Origin: Geosiphon pyriformis uo1
Lineage: Eukaryota > Fungi > Glomeromycota
NCBI GenBank assembly: GCA_016748015.1
Contig: JAAOMT010000571.1
Span: forward strand, 470,582-534,581
Direction: 5' to 3'
Length of the DNA stretch: 64,000 bases
Part shown: positions 26,029-40,814 of the stretch, piece by piece
How positions within the stretch are numbered: position 1 is the first letter of the stretch
Layout: each line of letters starts with the position of its first letter
The notes under the pieces: generated by a model
Databases searched by the model: none
The model's input: the letters and a program-made list of their open reading frames with translations, nothing else
What the model was told of the DNA's origin: nothing
Position numbers and translations under genes: made by a program

Positions 26029-29000
26029 CTTTCTAAAAATAGAGTGGCTAATTTATATAATATCAATGGCTAATACATGTGATAATTAATAAGAAGTATA
26101 AGTTTCAATCATAACATTATCCTCTCTAAAGAGATTGAGCTCCAGCAAAATCAAGCTATTTATGGTGTAATCTATTTGAAAGGTTTTATTTAACTCAAAG
26201 CTAACTAGTTTGTTAAAGTCTTTTATGGATAAGATAAATAACACTTGAGGTAAAATAAGTTTTGTATCCAAGAGACCAAATCTTTGTATTAGAGTTTTGG
26301 CTCTTCTAGCAATAGTTAAAATTCTTGAAACATCTAATCATATAATGCCCAAAATTTCTGTCTGTATTTCTGAAGTTGTTTTCTTTATGAGTTTTATATC
26401 TTCTATGATTTCACTAAGGCAACCATAGAGTTTTAATTGTTTTCCATATGACAAGTTTTTGTCTATGGGTAAGATTTCTTGGAATGTTTTTTCAATTGTG
26501 CTAGAAGATGAAAGTATAGCTGTTGTTATACTTTCTAACAGATATTTATTTATTTTACTACCAATTTTTTCTCTTTTGGTAGTAGTTTTCTTTGGTCTAA
26601 TAACAGTATGCATTCTACTGTTATCAGTTATAATGATTTGTTTTCCAATGGTCAGAATAGCATTTGGATAGTTTTTGATCTAATACTTATAAAAAATATA
26701 GAAGGTGTTTTGAATGTTTTAATCTAAAAAATAATTGTTTATGTTAATTGAAAATACCTCTGTTTTGGGAATGATGTATTTATTTATACTTGATTTTTGC
26801 TGATTATTTGAGTTGGTATTACCACAACAGGCAACCAATCAGGTTATTTATAATATTTCTTGAGTCATGTATTATGAACAGAACAATTATTAAAGATTGT
26901 TCCAGATTGATCTTGAAGAATATAAGAACTATTGTTCAAAACTTTGTTGACTATAAAAGGTTTTTTTCATTAGCTAAAGAATTTATTACCATAAACATTG
27001 TCTCTGTCTGAATGGTATTTTAATACCAAGTTACCAACACTTAAAGAGAGTATTTTATAGGTTTTTTTTTTCTTAAGCTTTTCTTGAAACTGTTTTATCT
27101 TTTCAAAAACAATTATTTGTGCTTCTACTAAGGAGTCAAAAATAGTACCAAGTCTTCTTTGCAAAATGTCTTTGTAATTTCCTATTGTGATTTCTTTAAA
27201 AAGTTGTCTTAATGTCAATTTCTATTGGTAGTGTTGCCATGTGTTTATAAAGCAGATAAAAAAGTTCATAACTTGTTATGTCATAATTCACAGTTCTATA
27301 AGCAAACAAAGCTGAAGGCAGTACTTTGTCTTATAAGTTTGTTTCTTCACTGGTTTTGGCTAGGATTTCACATAGTGTTCTGTTAAAATATTCCACTAGG
27401 CCATTTGTTTGAGGGTAATAAAAAGAGGAGAGTTTATGATGTATTTCCATTTTTCTACAAAGTTCTTCAACCAGTATACTGAGAAAAGCTCTTCTTTTAT
27501 CAAATAAAAGTTCTTTAGGGCAGCCATGATAGCAAATGATATTTTCATAAATGAAATTGGCTATTAAGACTGCTGTTTAGTCAGAAGTGACTCTTGCTTT
27601 TACTCACTTTGTAAGATAATTGGTAGTTGTGATAATATATCTGTTGCCATTAGAAGTTATTGTTAAAGATTTAACAACATCTATATTAATTCTGTTAAAT
27701 GGTTGACCAACAGAGATTGAATGAATATCTTTTTTGCAATTGGGCTTGTCTTTTTTTTGGCTAATGTCACAGGTTTTGATGTATTCAGCAATGTCTTTTC
27801 CCAAGATTGGCCAATAATAGCAAGCTAAAGTTTTCTGAATTGTTTTTGTTTTTCCAAAATGTCTAGCTAATAAATCAATATGCATGTTATATATTACAAT
27901 TTCTCTTTTTTCAAATCTGATGACTCTTTGGAGATGGTCAGAATCTTTTCTGTTTCTTTTATATAACTGGTTTTGGTGAATTAAATAGAAATTTGATTGT
28001 TTGCACAAATGTTCTTTTTGCTGTTGAGTGTATTCTGGTGAGTATTGTCTTTTACCCAAAAATTCTATTAAGACAGAATAGTTGTCCAAGTCCATTATTG
28101 TGTTTGTTTGTAAAAGAATTACTAATAATTAAGTTGGTTTGGTTTAAGAAGTTGTACTGTCATTGAATAGTAAGTTTAAAGAGTGTGTTTGCATTTTGAT
28201 AATTTGTTCTTTTGTGGTGTTGAATATCATAGTCGAATTCATTTAAGTAGAGTATTCAGCAAGCTATTTGTTTGTGTTCCAACTTCTTTTTATTGCACAG
28301 CCAAACCAAGACTTAATGATCTGTTACCACTAAGAATTTTGCACCAAAAAGATATTAATCCCAGTAATTAGTAGTCCAAACTACTGCCAAGTATTTCTGT
28401 TCAGTAACTGAATAGTTCTTTTCAATTAGTGTAAGGAATTTACTAGCATATGCTATGGCATGTTCTCTGCCATTTTCATCTTTCTGTGAAAAGACAACAT
28501 CAAGTCTATAGCCAGATATATTAGTGTAGAGAATAAAAGGTTGGTTCAAATCAGGTTGCTTGAGAATTGGTTCAGTAACAAGTTTTTCCTTCAAAATTTC
28601 AAAAGCTTTTTGTTGATGAGTTCCCCAGTGATAATTGACATTTTTTCTGAGTAGCTAATTAAGAGAAAAGGCAATTTTGGAGAAATTTTTGATAAATTTG
28701 TGGTAGTAAGAGGCCAAACCAAGGAAAGAATGTAGTTCAAAAACATTTATTGGTTGTCTAATATTCTGGACTTTTTCAACTTTAGTTGGGTCAGGAAAGA
28801 TTTCATCTTTTATAATAAGATGACCAAAAAACTGGATGGATTGGTGTTCAAAGAAAGATTTAATTGGGTTGATTTTAAGGCCAGCATTTCTAAGCAGGTC
28901 AAAAACCTTCTGCAAATGTTCAAGGTATTCATCCCAGATTTTTGAGTAGATCATTATATCATCTAAGTAAACTAGAATAAAGTTTTCTTTTACTGATTCA

Positions 29001-32000
29001 AATACTTTGTTCATTAGGCATTGGAAGGTGAGAGGAGCATTGGTGAGACCAAAAGACATAACTGTAAATTCATAGGTGCCATACTTGGTAATGAAAGCAG
29101 TTTTTTTTCTGCTTTCTGAATCTATTTCTACTTGCCAGAATTCAGCAGTTAAGTCAATAATTGAGAAGAAAGCAGCACTATTGAATTTATCTAGTATTGC
29201 ATCAATTTTGGGAAGTAGATACATGTCTTTTATAGTAATGGCATTTAGTTGGTAATAGTTAACACAGAAGCATAGGGTTCCATCTTTCTTAAATACCACT
29301 ACAACTGAGAAAGCCCATTCATTCTTGGTTTTTTGTATAAATTTAAGATCTTTTATTTAGTTTATTTCTTTCTTAATAAACTCATTATTATGTCGATTGG
29401 ATTGATAAGACTTCAAATAGATACTACAAGTTTTTTTTGTAATAATAGTATGTTGTATTACATGAATTCATTTAGGAATATCATTTTTTTTGAGATAACT
29501 GGGCTATTCCTAGCCAACAGATTTTTAATGTCCACTTTTCTTTCTTCAGGGAAAGATTCTTTTTGTTTTACAATTAGTGATTGGATTTTAAGTGGTTCAC
29601 TCTCAAAGAACTTCTGTACTTCTTTTAGTTCTTCTTTAGGTATCAAACTAATTGGCTCCCAATCTTTGTAATAGATTAGGCAGAACTTGTATTCATCACT
29701 AAGGGAATACAAAAGTTTATTGCACCAGCACCTGGCACAAAGACCATGTCACCAATAACTGTATTTTGCTTTCTTGCCAGGTTTTCTATCAAAGATTTTT
29801 CTGAGAATATTATAGTAGGGCCAGCAGATCAGCTTACCATTTACCATAATTCCTTTTTTGTTAGCTTTAACATTGTCTAGTGGCTTGCCATTGCTGATGA
29901 AGATAGTATAAATGAGTTCAGCAGTTTCTTCTTGTTCTTTTTAATCTTCTTCTTCATTGCTTTTATTATCATCTGATTTATCTGATTGTTCTTTTTCTTG
30001 GTTTTGCTTGGATACTAAAGGAGTTGTCCAATGGCAACATTTAACTACAATGGGTTTTTCACTACATCTGATGGTTAGCTTACAAAGTTCATAATCAAGT
30101 AGCATTTTAGCTTTCTTAAGCCACTTGTTGCCAACAATTATGGTGTACTTTTTTGCTTCAGATACTTCTATATTAGTTTCAATGCTGATACCATTGATGC
30201 AAACAAAAATAGCTTTGGCTATATCCAGATCTTTTTTTTTATTACCATATATGTTGGTCATTGGTTGAATGGAAGGCTTATCAATCTTTCTGTCAATTGC
30301 TTTAAGAAAGTGTTTGGCAATTACATTAACAGATGATTTACTGTTTAGGATTAGATCAATAAAGTAACCAGCCACTTAAGCTTTACAAATTAGAGAGTAA
30401 TATTGCTGTTGGTCTTTGGTGTTTTTTTCTTTGGTATTAATGATTTGCAAAGATCTTTTTTGAACTGTGAATGGATTATTAGTTGGCCAAATGTAATGTG
30501 TGCTAAGGTTTTCATAAAATCTTTAACAACAAAATAGGAGCCAGATTTTTGTACTATTTCTGGGAGTTTTAACTTTAAAGGATTTTAAAAACTTTAGCCT
30601 TTGGTGGCTTATTGTTATCAGCAGTTAATGTGGAGGTTTTCTTTGAATCTATAACAAAATCAATCTTGGCTTTCTTCTTCTTTCTTGTTAATTCAGAAGT
30701 GTTGATTGCTAGTTCATCCATGTCATGGTCATCATTAGTTAGGTTAAAAGCATAAAAGGGGTTTTCTTCTGGTTGGCTTGCACTTTCATCCTTTGGAGAT
30801 GCATCTATTAATTTAAAGACTAATAAACAGTAGCTTCAACTAAGGGATCCTCTCCAAAGAAATTAATGTTAGCATGATTGGGTCTTTGGTTGGGAACATT
30901 GTTGTTGATGATTCTGTTGTTTTGATTGTCATTGTTTCTGGGAACTGAAGGAGGCAGAGAAGGATTGTTACAATCTCTGGAGAAATGTCCAGTTAATTCA
31001 CAGTGATAACACACAAGTGGACCACAATTTTGTTGTCTTTGATAAGAGGGTTGCTGGGGTTAATTAAAACAGGGTTCAAATCTGGGTCTTTGGAGTTGTT
31101 GATTTTTTCTGACTGCTTGAGTTAAAAGTTCTAATAAACAGACAAGATTGGCTGTGAATCTATCTATTAATTGTTCATTGGAATCTGGAGTTTGAACAGT
31201 AAAAGAAATGGCAGCCATTTAAGGAGCAGGGGCCATAACAAAAACAGGAGCAAAAACTGAAAGTGTAGATTCCAAATGCATCCTTTGGTTGTCTTCAATT
31301 CGTTGGGCAAGTTCAATGATCATGTCTATTGTGGAATTGTTTTTTAGAGCCAGAAGAGGCCAAAGAGCATAGAAAAAATCAGTTTTTAATCCTTTTATAA
31401 AGGAATGAATTTTTTGCTCTTCTGTTCAGTTTCTTTCAAAATCTACTTACTTGATTAATTTTTTGATTGCTTTGGCATACTTAGTCACAACTTTACCAGG
31501 ACCTTGGATTCTTCTTTCTAATTCCATGCACTATTTAGATATTAAGATAGGAGTTCTAAATTTAGTTTCAAACTGGGTTGTAAAAGAAGTGTTTTCTTCT
31601 CCAGCATTTGTTAGTGCCCATCTAATGATTCTTTAATAAGTACCAGCATTAGTTTCTTGTGAGAACCAAGTAACAAAAAAGCCTTGAAGATAGCCACCAA
31701 TGATTTAGAACTTGTATTCATTATTATATTGGTTGGCTATAACAGCTCTTTCAAAGTCATCCAACCATTTAATTAGATCTTGTGTATCACCTTTGAATAA
31801 TGGTAGTGAGATATTGTTTCTTTGCCTTAGAGCAGTTTGTATGTCTTGAAAGGCAATCAAAATGTTTTATTGTATGGAGTTATTAGCCATTGGTTCAGGA
31901 GTAACTGTTTGTGTGGATGAATCTAATTTGCTTGATAAAAAGTCAAAAACAGGAGCAGTTTGGTAGCTTTCTTCTTTTGTTTCAAAGGGAGTTTCAGTTG

Positions 32001-32584
32001 CTTGATGAGCAGCAATCCAAATGTGAATTTGATGATTCAGATATTTAAAATCAGGGGGCTGTTGTTCAAAAATTGTGGAGTATAAAAGCTGATTGATACT
32101 GTTGTTTCTTTCTTCAAAGTTGTCTTCAAAATAAGCTTGGTTAAAGTAATAGGTTGTGTAGGCTGTATAGGTTTTAGCTAAATGCTTGTTCAGAAACCAG
32201 TTCTAAAAGTTTTGGAATTGTCTGCTGAATTGTTTTTTAATGGAGAAGCAAATCAAGCAGAAGGACAAAAGATTAAGTTCAATAAAGTCTAGATCATTTT
32301 TGTTATGTGCTTCAAAGTATTCTTTTGATTGTTGTGGCAGGTATAAATAATTATTCATACAATAAAAAACAAAGTGGATTTTGACAACCTCACAAGGAGC
32401 ACTACTTTTATGTTATGGATTGGAGTAACAAGCTAATAGATAACAAGAGAGAACAGGATTGTAGGGTGATGAAAAGAATCAAAAGGAATTTAACTTTAAA
32501 GAGCAAATTGAATAAGTATGGATTCAATGTGTGAGATTAGTCTCATAAAATATCTCAGTCGCTATACTTTTCAAAGATAACTGG

Positions 32585-33552
32585 TGTTACTTATAGAATA
32601 TAAAAATTAAATATTAGTACATAAATTAGCCAATCAGAATAAATGTAGTAAAAATGGAATTCCAAAATTTCTTTCAGAGGAATTGCAAGATTCCAAAAAT
32701 TTCAGGATTTTTGTATAAGGAATTGCAGAATTCCAGAATTCCAGAATTCCTCTCAAAAAAATTGCAGAATTTCTGGAATTTTAGGATTTCTGGCTAGAGA
32801 ATTGAAAAATTCAAAAAATCTTGTACAATGAATATAGCAGTAGTATCAGAAGCTAAAAAATTAGTCAATTAGACTCAAAGTAAAGAAAACTGAGAGTCAG
32901 TAGGACTCTTAGAGTCAAGTAGACTCCTAAAATCAATTAGGCTCAAAGTTAAGAAGACTGAGAATTAGTAGAACTCTTAGAGTTAATTAAACTCACAGAT
33001 TATAATTATTAAATACTCTTCCTTCTAAAGATAGAATACTATAACTTAAAGTAAAATCACTCTCATATTAATGAAATTATCTATTATCCTTAAATTCATG
33101 TTATTATCTACTACTTAATCTGCTGGCACAATAGCTCTTGATTATGGTTATTGACAGGATACTAATTTTTTATTTTCTTTTCATTTTTTTTTATTTTATT
33201 TTATTTTATTTTGTTTGTTAATTTACTACTGATTAAAGAGATTAAGCACTGAGTTATTGACATCAAGAATTGTCTGGTAAAAGACCTTTGCAAGTGAGTA
33301 AAACACGTAAAAAAATTATGAATTACTTATCAGAAGAGTATTAGCCATCAAGCTAAAGAAAAAAATTGACAGAATTGCAATTCTAAGAAGCTACAGATAA
33401 ACAACTATTGAATCTCTGTCCATTATACAAAGAACTCAACCAAAACCTTCAGATAATAACATCTTCAGATTACCATTATCACAAATAGCATTTGAGCACC
33501 AAGTTACAGGTTTTGTTATTTGATTTGAGACCCAAATTAATTACTTGTAACA
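32585..33552 (+). mobile_element. Solo LTR (family A) inside the 5' LTR of element B; TSD CTGG/CCAA
   Basis: TGTTAC...TGTAACA with no PBS after it. The host LTR resumes exactly (empty site CCAG at 25560-25563). Confidence 0.92.
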
Positions 33553-36500
33553 CCAAAGAATTTGAAAATAGAGGGATAGTTCATACTATCAACAAATGAT
33601 CACATACTAATATAATTCTATGCCTTATGTTGGCATTCTTAGAATTCAATATCAGATATCAGATGTACTCTTCAGTCACATTTTATTCAATAATCTTTAA
33701 ATGCTGCAATTACACATTTCAGAAAAAGGATAAAAAATAACCAACAAGTAATTTTTTATTCCAAGATATTCAGATACTTGAAAGTAAGGAAAGAGAAATT
33801 AGCAATAAGAGAATGATTGAGATGAAAGTTGTTATTTTATTTATTTTATTTTTTTGATTTTTACATGCTTTTTTATAGCTAAAAAATTCATTACTTATAT
33901 AGGTATTAAAAGTAGTTAATGATTAAGTCAACAGTCAAGTCATTAATCAGATCAATGATCACTTTTTAAAAATAGAATGGCTAATTTATATGATATCAAT
34001 GGCTAATACATGTAATAATTAATAAAAAGTATAAGTTTCAATCATAACAATATTATAGTATGAAATAACTAGTTAAAACATAGAATAACTAGTAATAATA
34101 TAAAAGAACAAAGCAATAACAGAAATAGTGAAGCAATAGTTAACAAAAACAAAACAATTAAAAAAGCAATCCTGTAGAACCAAAAAAAAAGTTATAGAAG
34201 TTAGAAAAAAGACAGATAGACAAAAATCAATTTTTCTTTTTTTATAAATATTAAATTTTATAAAAATAAAGATTTTTTTTTGAAAAACTTGAAATCATCA
34301 ATATATGGTCATCAATCATCCCATGTTTAAATCAAATTAATTATTGTTTTATACTTTTGTTTCAGGACAGATGTTCTTAGCATAAATGCTTCAAACCCTT
34401 AACAACCTGAACTAATTACTTTTAATTATGGTAATTGACAATACTAATTTATCTTCTTTTATTTTTTTTTATTTTTTTTATTTTTTTTTCTTTTATTTTT
34501 TCTTGTAGAATAACAACACAAAAAAATTGACTGTCTGAAAATAGACTTTATAATAGCCTGGTAAAAAAAAAAACTCATATTAACAAGTTGCAATACTGTA
34601 AAACTATAACTCTGTGCCTTATAACCAAAGAACTCTATGGGTAAATTTACCTTTAGTAAAAAACTTTTAGAAACTAATAAACTAGATACAATAGGCAGAT
34701 TTATAAAAAAAATCTTCAAAGCTTCCTTTAATCCAAAAAGTCAGAACACCAAATATTATCACCATATTCTGCCAAGTTTATCTGTAATATTTGGTGCTCT
34801 TTATAAGGTTATAAAATTCACAAAAACAGAGCACTCCAGAAATTTACAAAAATGGCAACCATTGGAACAGTAGAAAAAGATTATTTATCATATGAAAAAG
34901 TCTTATTTTGATACTTTAGGAAAAACTTAAGAATATTATCAGAAACTGTTAACACAGAAAGTGATTTTTATTATTATTTACACAATAAATTTTACTCCAA
35001 CTACCAGCCAACTTGGCAAAAACATGTTCTTTTAAGCACTACCAATAGCACAGTCTCTAATAGAGTTAACAACTATCTCTATAGAAGAAACAGCTATCTT
35101 GCTATTTATTGGCCCTAATAACAAAAGAAAACAACCAACATTAACATTTAAAAAACAATACAGTACACTGTCATTAAAACTCTCATTATTAACAAATAAA
35201 CTACCTTTTATTACTCAGATAATGGCTTACTAAAATATTGTCAAACTAGAAAAATTTTCCAATAAAGAAAATAATACATATACTTAGATAGTAGAAGCTA
35301 AGAAAATAATTATCACTAATAATTAGAATAATATCAGAACTATTTAAGCATTGCTTTTCTTTTTGACAGAAACTGTAGACTTCTGGTACCAAAGTTTTGA
35401 AGAAAAACCAACTGACTTTGCTGCTTTTAAACTTGCTTTTCTATAGTATTTCTGTGATTTCAATATGTTTATTTAGCTATAAAATCAATTCAGCATAATA
35501 AAACAAAAAAATCACAAAGCAGTGACTATTTATCTTAGATGGTTTAATTAAGTCTTTTAACAGATATTAGCAATTAAGAGAGATTACTACACTACAACAC
35601 AAGTTTTCAATAAATATGTCAAGAGATTAAAAAGTAGTATCTTACAATCTATGAGATCTTATCATCTGACAAACCTACAAGACACAGTTACTTTTGCTTG
35701 TAATTTTGAGTCAGTAAAACAAGAAGCTAATCATACTTAAGTCATTAACTTGGTCATTAACAAAATCTCAAATATCAATGCAAAGATTACCTAATTAAGT
35801 AAAAAATTAATTCAGAAAATTAAGAGATTCTTAGCCAGAACTGCAAAAACCTATTAGCCATCTCAACAAAAAAACAACAACAACAACAATAACAGATACC
35901 AACAGCAACAGAATTATTAACAACAACAACTCTGAAGATTAGATCTCTGTAATTGTTACTATTGTCAGAAACCCAAACATATTGCTTAAGACTGCTGAAA
36001 AAATTGGTGGATCAGAACAGAAAAAATTAATATCTATAATAACAGAGATATCTTTAAGTTCTAGGACTTCAATATTTTATACCTTAATATCAACCACTAC
36101 AGTACTTATAACAAATATCTCAAAATTACTATCAGCCACTTGTAACAGTACCAATAACATCTTAATACCAAGTGCTTATTTACAATTAACTCAGACTTTA
36201 AGCAATTGACTATAATTAAGGATAGAAAAATGCCAATGGCAATTTGATACAAACTAGCAGTGAATTATTCTGACCAGTACAGCACAATAATCTATTACTG
36301 TGACTGATACAAGCTAGATATCTTAACCAAACATCATATCTTGGTTTTATGAAAACTCTGGATTTTTGTAACACTACACTTTTAAAAAAGAAAGATGTAG
36401 TTAAAATAATTAATCTTTCTACTTTAAATCAATGTTAAGTTATCAAAACAATCCTACCAGCCACAATTATTGAAGATCATATCTTTGCCATTATATTTTT

Positions 36501-39500
36501 ATTTGACATTGACAACCTAAATAACTCTGATTTTTTCAATGGAGCTGTCATCAACCAAAACAAACCAATCACAGAAATATATATTAATATTAAAATAGGA
36601 AAAATAAACATTAAATTAATATTCAATAGTAGATCTGGAGATAATATAATCATGAAACAACTCATGAATCAATTAGGTTATTAAGTAAATTGTGCAGCTA
36701 CTGCCCAAATTATTACTACAAATGAGAATATAAAGATTCCAATAGGAGAAATCAACAATTTTCAGTTCGAAATTAGTGGAATTCAAATTCTTACCAAAGT
36801 GTTTGTTATAGAAGCCACACAATATTAGACTCTTGTGAGAAATGATTGATTAACAAAAGCTTACACCACACTTGACTAAAATACTTAGAAACTTCAGATT
36901 ATCTTTAATGGACACCACACTAGAGTACTTGCTATTTGTGAATACTTCCAAATAACAATTCCAAAACAACTCTTAATTGAGTTTGAAAAACCTATTTTCC
37001 AATCAACTTTGGAAATTTACCAAGTTTTTTGGGCTGATGATTACAAGACAGAGTTATTATTACCATCTATCTAAAAAAAAAAAGTAAAAAAAGGGCTAAA
37101 GAAGAAGTCTAAGCATTACTATCAATATATCTGATACCAAACCAAAGAAATCAACCCTATCAATCTCCAAAATTAATCTGCATTGATTGTAGAAAAAAGT
37201 TATTGTCAATAAGCATCTGCATTAAAGATGACAAAGTATGGCTCACTGTTACTAGGTATTATTGTTGACTGTGCATATTGAAACAATTCAGATGACCAAA
37301 ATAACAAAAAAAATGGAACTATATACTATGTTTTGCATGTAGCAAAATTCTATTAGATGAAAGATTATGGAATAATATTCCTGACCAAAAAAAAACATAT
37401 AACAAATCTTGTTAGTACACTATTTTAATAAATAATTGGGCCAGAAAAGGCACCCTGTTTACTATAGTATATAGTCAAGCAATAAACTAACTGGACTCAT
37501 ATTCCTATAATGAAGAGAAAATTTGAAAAATAGTTATGGTCAAGTAAAAAAGAACTACTATCAAGAAAATACATGTCATAAAGAATGTCTCAGTAACAAT
37601 TAAAGAAATAGATGACATATTCACAGATAACTCTAAAGTATTTTAAGACCAGTACTAAGAACTGGTCTTGACTTAAGAAGAACAGAAACAGAGACTAGCA
37701 GATCTTAATATAAAACTGTGTGATTATTGCTTAATTTCATGTTATTTTTAATACTGTAACAAGTATAATTTCTTATTTAATTCACTTCCAAGAATACTAT
37801 ACCCTATTTTCGAACTACCAAAATCAGAGAAAGAATACAAGTTTGATGTTGAAGACATGTTGTTTTAAAAGCCAAGTAATACTATTGAAATTGAACAGTA
37901 TTTTGCCTACCCCAATCTTTCCAAAAAATTAGAGTTGAAATGATATAGTAATAACAATGAAAAAATCTGCCCTAAAAAAACACACAAAAACAATGCTAAA
38001 TTTGACTTAAAATACTCTGAACAATCTTCTGTAGTTATAGCTCTATATTTTTTTGTAAAAATAGATCTTAAAATAGCTTTTAAAATTTCTGTTAGTACTA
38101 TGGTACAAGTTTTCTTATAATCAAGTCTTGCAAAAAAAAGAATCAACATAAAAGAAGGAATTATTAATGCCAGATACATGAAAAACATTATTGTCATACT
38201 ACAAAACAATTTTAATAAACCCTATACAATTGAATTACAAAAAAAGATTGCTCAAGTTATCTTCTTATTTCTCATAAAAATACCACAATTAATATCAGTT
38301 ACTATTTGAGAAAAATTAGGTCTCACTGCTTGAGGAATCAATGAGTTTAGATCAAGTGAAAGAGGGAACATAACAGTCAATTTTACCAAAGAAGACAGTG
38401 ACAAGGTAGAACTTATCTACACCAACACAATTATTTCTATTTTTCTATATTAACAATATAATCTTAAAGTAATTCAAAAAATTTAAGACCAAGTTCTATT
38501 ATTTGAAACTGACCTGGAAATCTGTTTTCTAGTCGATATTGCTAATCTATACATACTTGTCAAAACTCATAAACATTTCAAAATTCCTATTTAGAATCCT
38601 ACTGAAAATATTATCAAAATTCCCAAGAGAATTCTTGTTGGTTCTATTTTTCTGAATATTCAAAACCTTAAAAATTTCAGCTTATTTCAAATTTTGTGCA
38701 ATTGTTTTTATTTTGCAACATTATCTCACAAGTAAAAAATCTGCCAAAAGAAAGTTACTTGTTTATACCAAAAAAAATCAATAAATTAAAATTGGAAAAC
38801 TTAAGCACTCTGTAGCAAATACAACTTAAGATTTTGTTGAATTAATACACCAATATTTTTATCAGTAAAAATGAGTTCGAATACACAAACATCATGAAAC
38901 ATTAAATTGATATGAGAGATGCCTGCTCTATTAAACAATAGACATATTAAGTAATTCTAATAAGTAATAATTTGATTAAGGAAGAAGTACAATAAATGCT
39001 AGACCATGGATTAATTAAGGAATTGTTAAGTCCTTAGTCTTTTCCAATAATATTAGTTATTAAAAAGAATAGGAAAATATGGTTCTGTATAGATTACCAA
39101 AAACTAAACAGCATTACTCACAGCAATAACTACTTTACTCCCTTTATACAAAAAATATTAAACAATTTAGACAACAAAAAATAGTTTTTATTATTAGACT
39201 TAGCCAATGAATATTGACAAGTAGAAATGAATTCCAAAAACAAAGAGAAAACAGTCTTTATCATGCAAGACAGAAACTTCAAGTTCAATATAGTGCTCTT
39301 TGAACTGTACAATACTCCTGCTATTTTCCAATGTCTTATGGATGTAATATACAAAAAATTCTTTGGAAATCAGTTGTAGTCTACTTGAACAACACCAATG
39401 TGTTTTCTGAAATGTTTGATAATCACTTATATTATCTACAACAGATCTTTAAATGCCTTTAAGATGCTAAATTGAAACTCAACTCTGACAAATGTTTCTT

Positions 39501-40814
39501 TAGAAAAACTGAGCTAAAATTTCTAAAACATATAATCAGCAAAAACAAAGTCAAGTCCGACCCAGATAAAGTCCAAAAAGCCAGAGATTTTCTGGCTCCA
39601 GCTAACCTACAGAAACTAAAAGAATTTCTAAAACTGGCTGAATACTACCACAGATTTATTAAAGAATTCTTCAACATTGCAAAATCTCTTTACTACCTAC
39701 TCTCAAAACACATATTATACTTATGAATAAAAGACCAACAAAAGATATTTGATTATTTTAAGCAGTGATTGATTACAGCCTCAATATTGATTTATTCTGA
39801 CTTCAATAAATTTTTTATTGTTGCTACAGATGCCTTAAAAAATGCACTTAAGACAGTTTTGTCTCAAATCAGACCAGACAAAAGAGAACATCCAATTATT
39901 TATGCTAATTGCAGCACCAGTTCAATAGAAAAAATATACAGCATAACAGATTTGGAATGTTTTGTCATCTACTGGATAGTACAAAATTGGAAACACTACT
40001 TTTGCCAATTATTTGACCTATACACTAATTATAAAAGACTTATTTGGTTATTCAGTAAACCACAACTGGAAAAAAAATATACACAATGAAGTACTTATCT
40101 GCAACAATTTCTATACAAAGTTCATTATAAGAAAGAATTCAAGAACACCAATATTAACAGTTTATTGAGAATAATGCAAATTTAATTTCAAACTCATGAA
40201 TATAATCACTTATCAGTAATTACACCAATATTTATTAATCCTTTAGTTTAAAGAGATATTATCTTAACAAGAACAAAGTACTATACAGAAACAAGCTTAT
40301 AATTACTTTATTCAGAACAATCAACTATATTATTAAGAATGCTGAAACCACACTACCTCATAATAAGTTATAAAATACAATGAAAAAGAAACTGTTTTGT
40401 ACAGTATGCACTTTGATCCAATTGCAAAACATTTCAATAAAGACACTACTTTAAAGAAAACCACAAATCTATACTATTGGCCAATAATATATAAAAATAT
40501 TTTTAAATATGTCCTCAACTATAACTCATGTCAACAAAAAAAAAGAGCCAGAACAATAGAACCACTTTGATTCATTTTAGTTGGAAATCCATTTAATAGA
40601 ATAGAAATTAATTTGATTGGTTTTCTCTTAATTATATTCAAAGGAAATTGTTACATAGCTATAGTTGTAGACTATCTTACCAAATAACCAAAAAACACAT
40701 TTTGTCAATAGTACATTAATTAAATTAAGCCAACAGTATGACTTTTATCATCACTATATTATTTACAAACAAATAAACTGGTAGAACAATTTAACTAAAC
40801 ACTATATAAAGCAT

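Larger units (their letters stand above)
25390..34049 (-). mobile_element. LTR element B (complete, degenerate Ty3/Gypsy, no dUTPase), inserted in the 5' LTR of C; TSD ATGT/ATAT
   Basis: 5' LTR 32411-34049 (split by a solo LTR), PBS 32388-32404, gag CYHCELTGHFSRDC, protease LILNSKSS (29941-30375), RT YLDD (28655-29299), RNase H (28355-28594), integrase (~26790-28095), 3' ORF ~26126-26760, PPT, 3' LTR 25390-26116. Confidence 0.92.
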
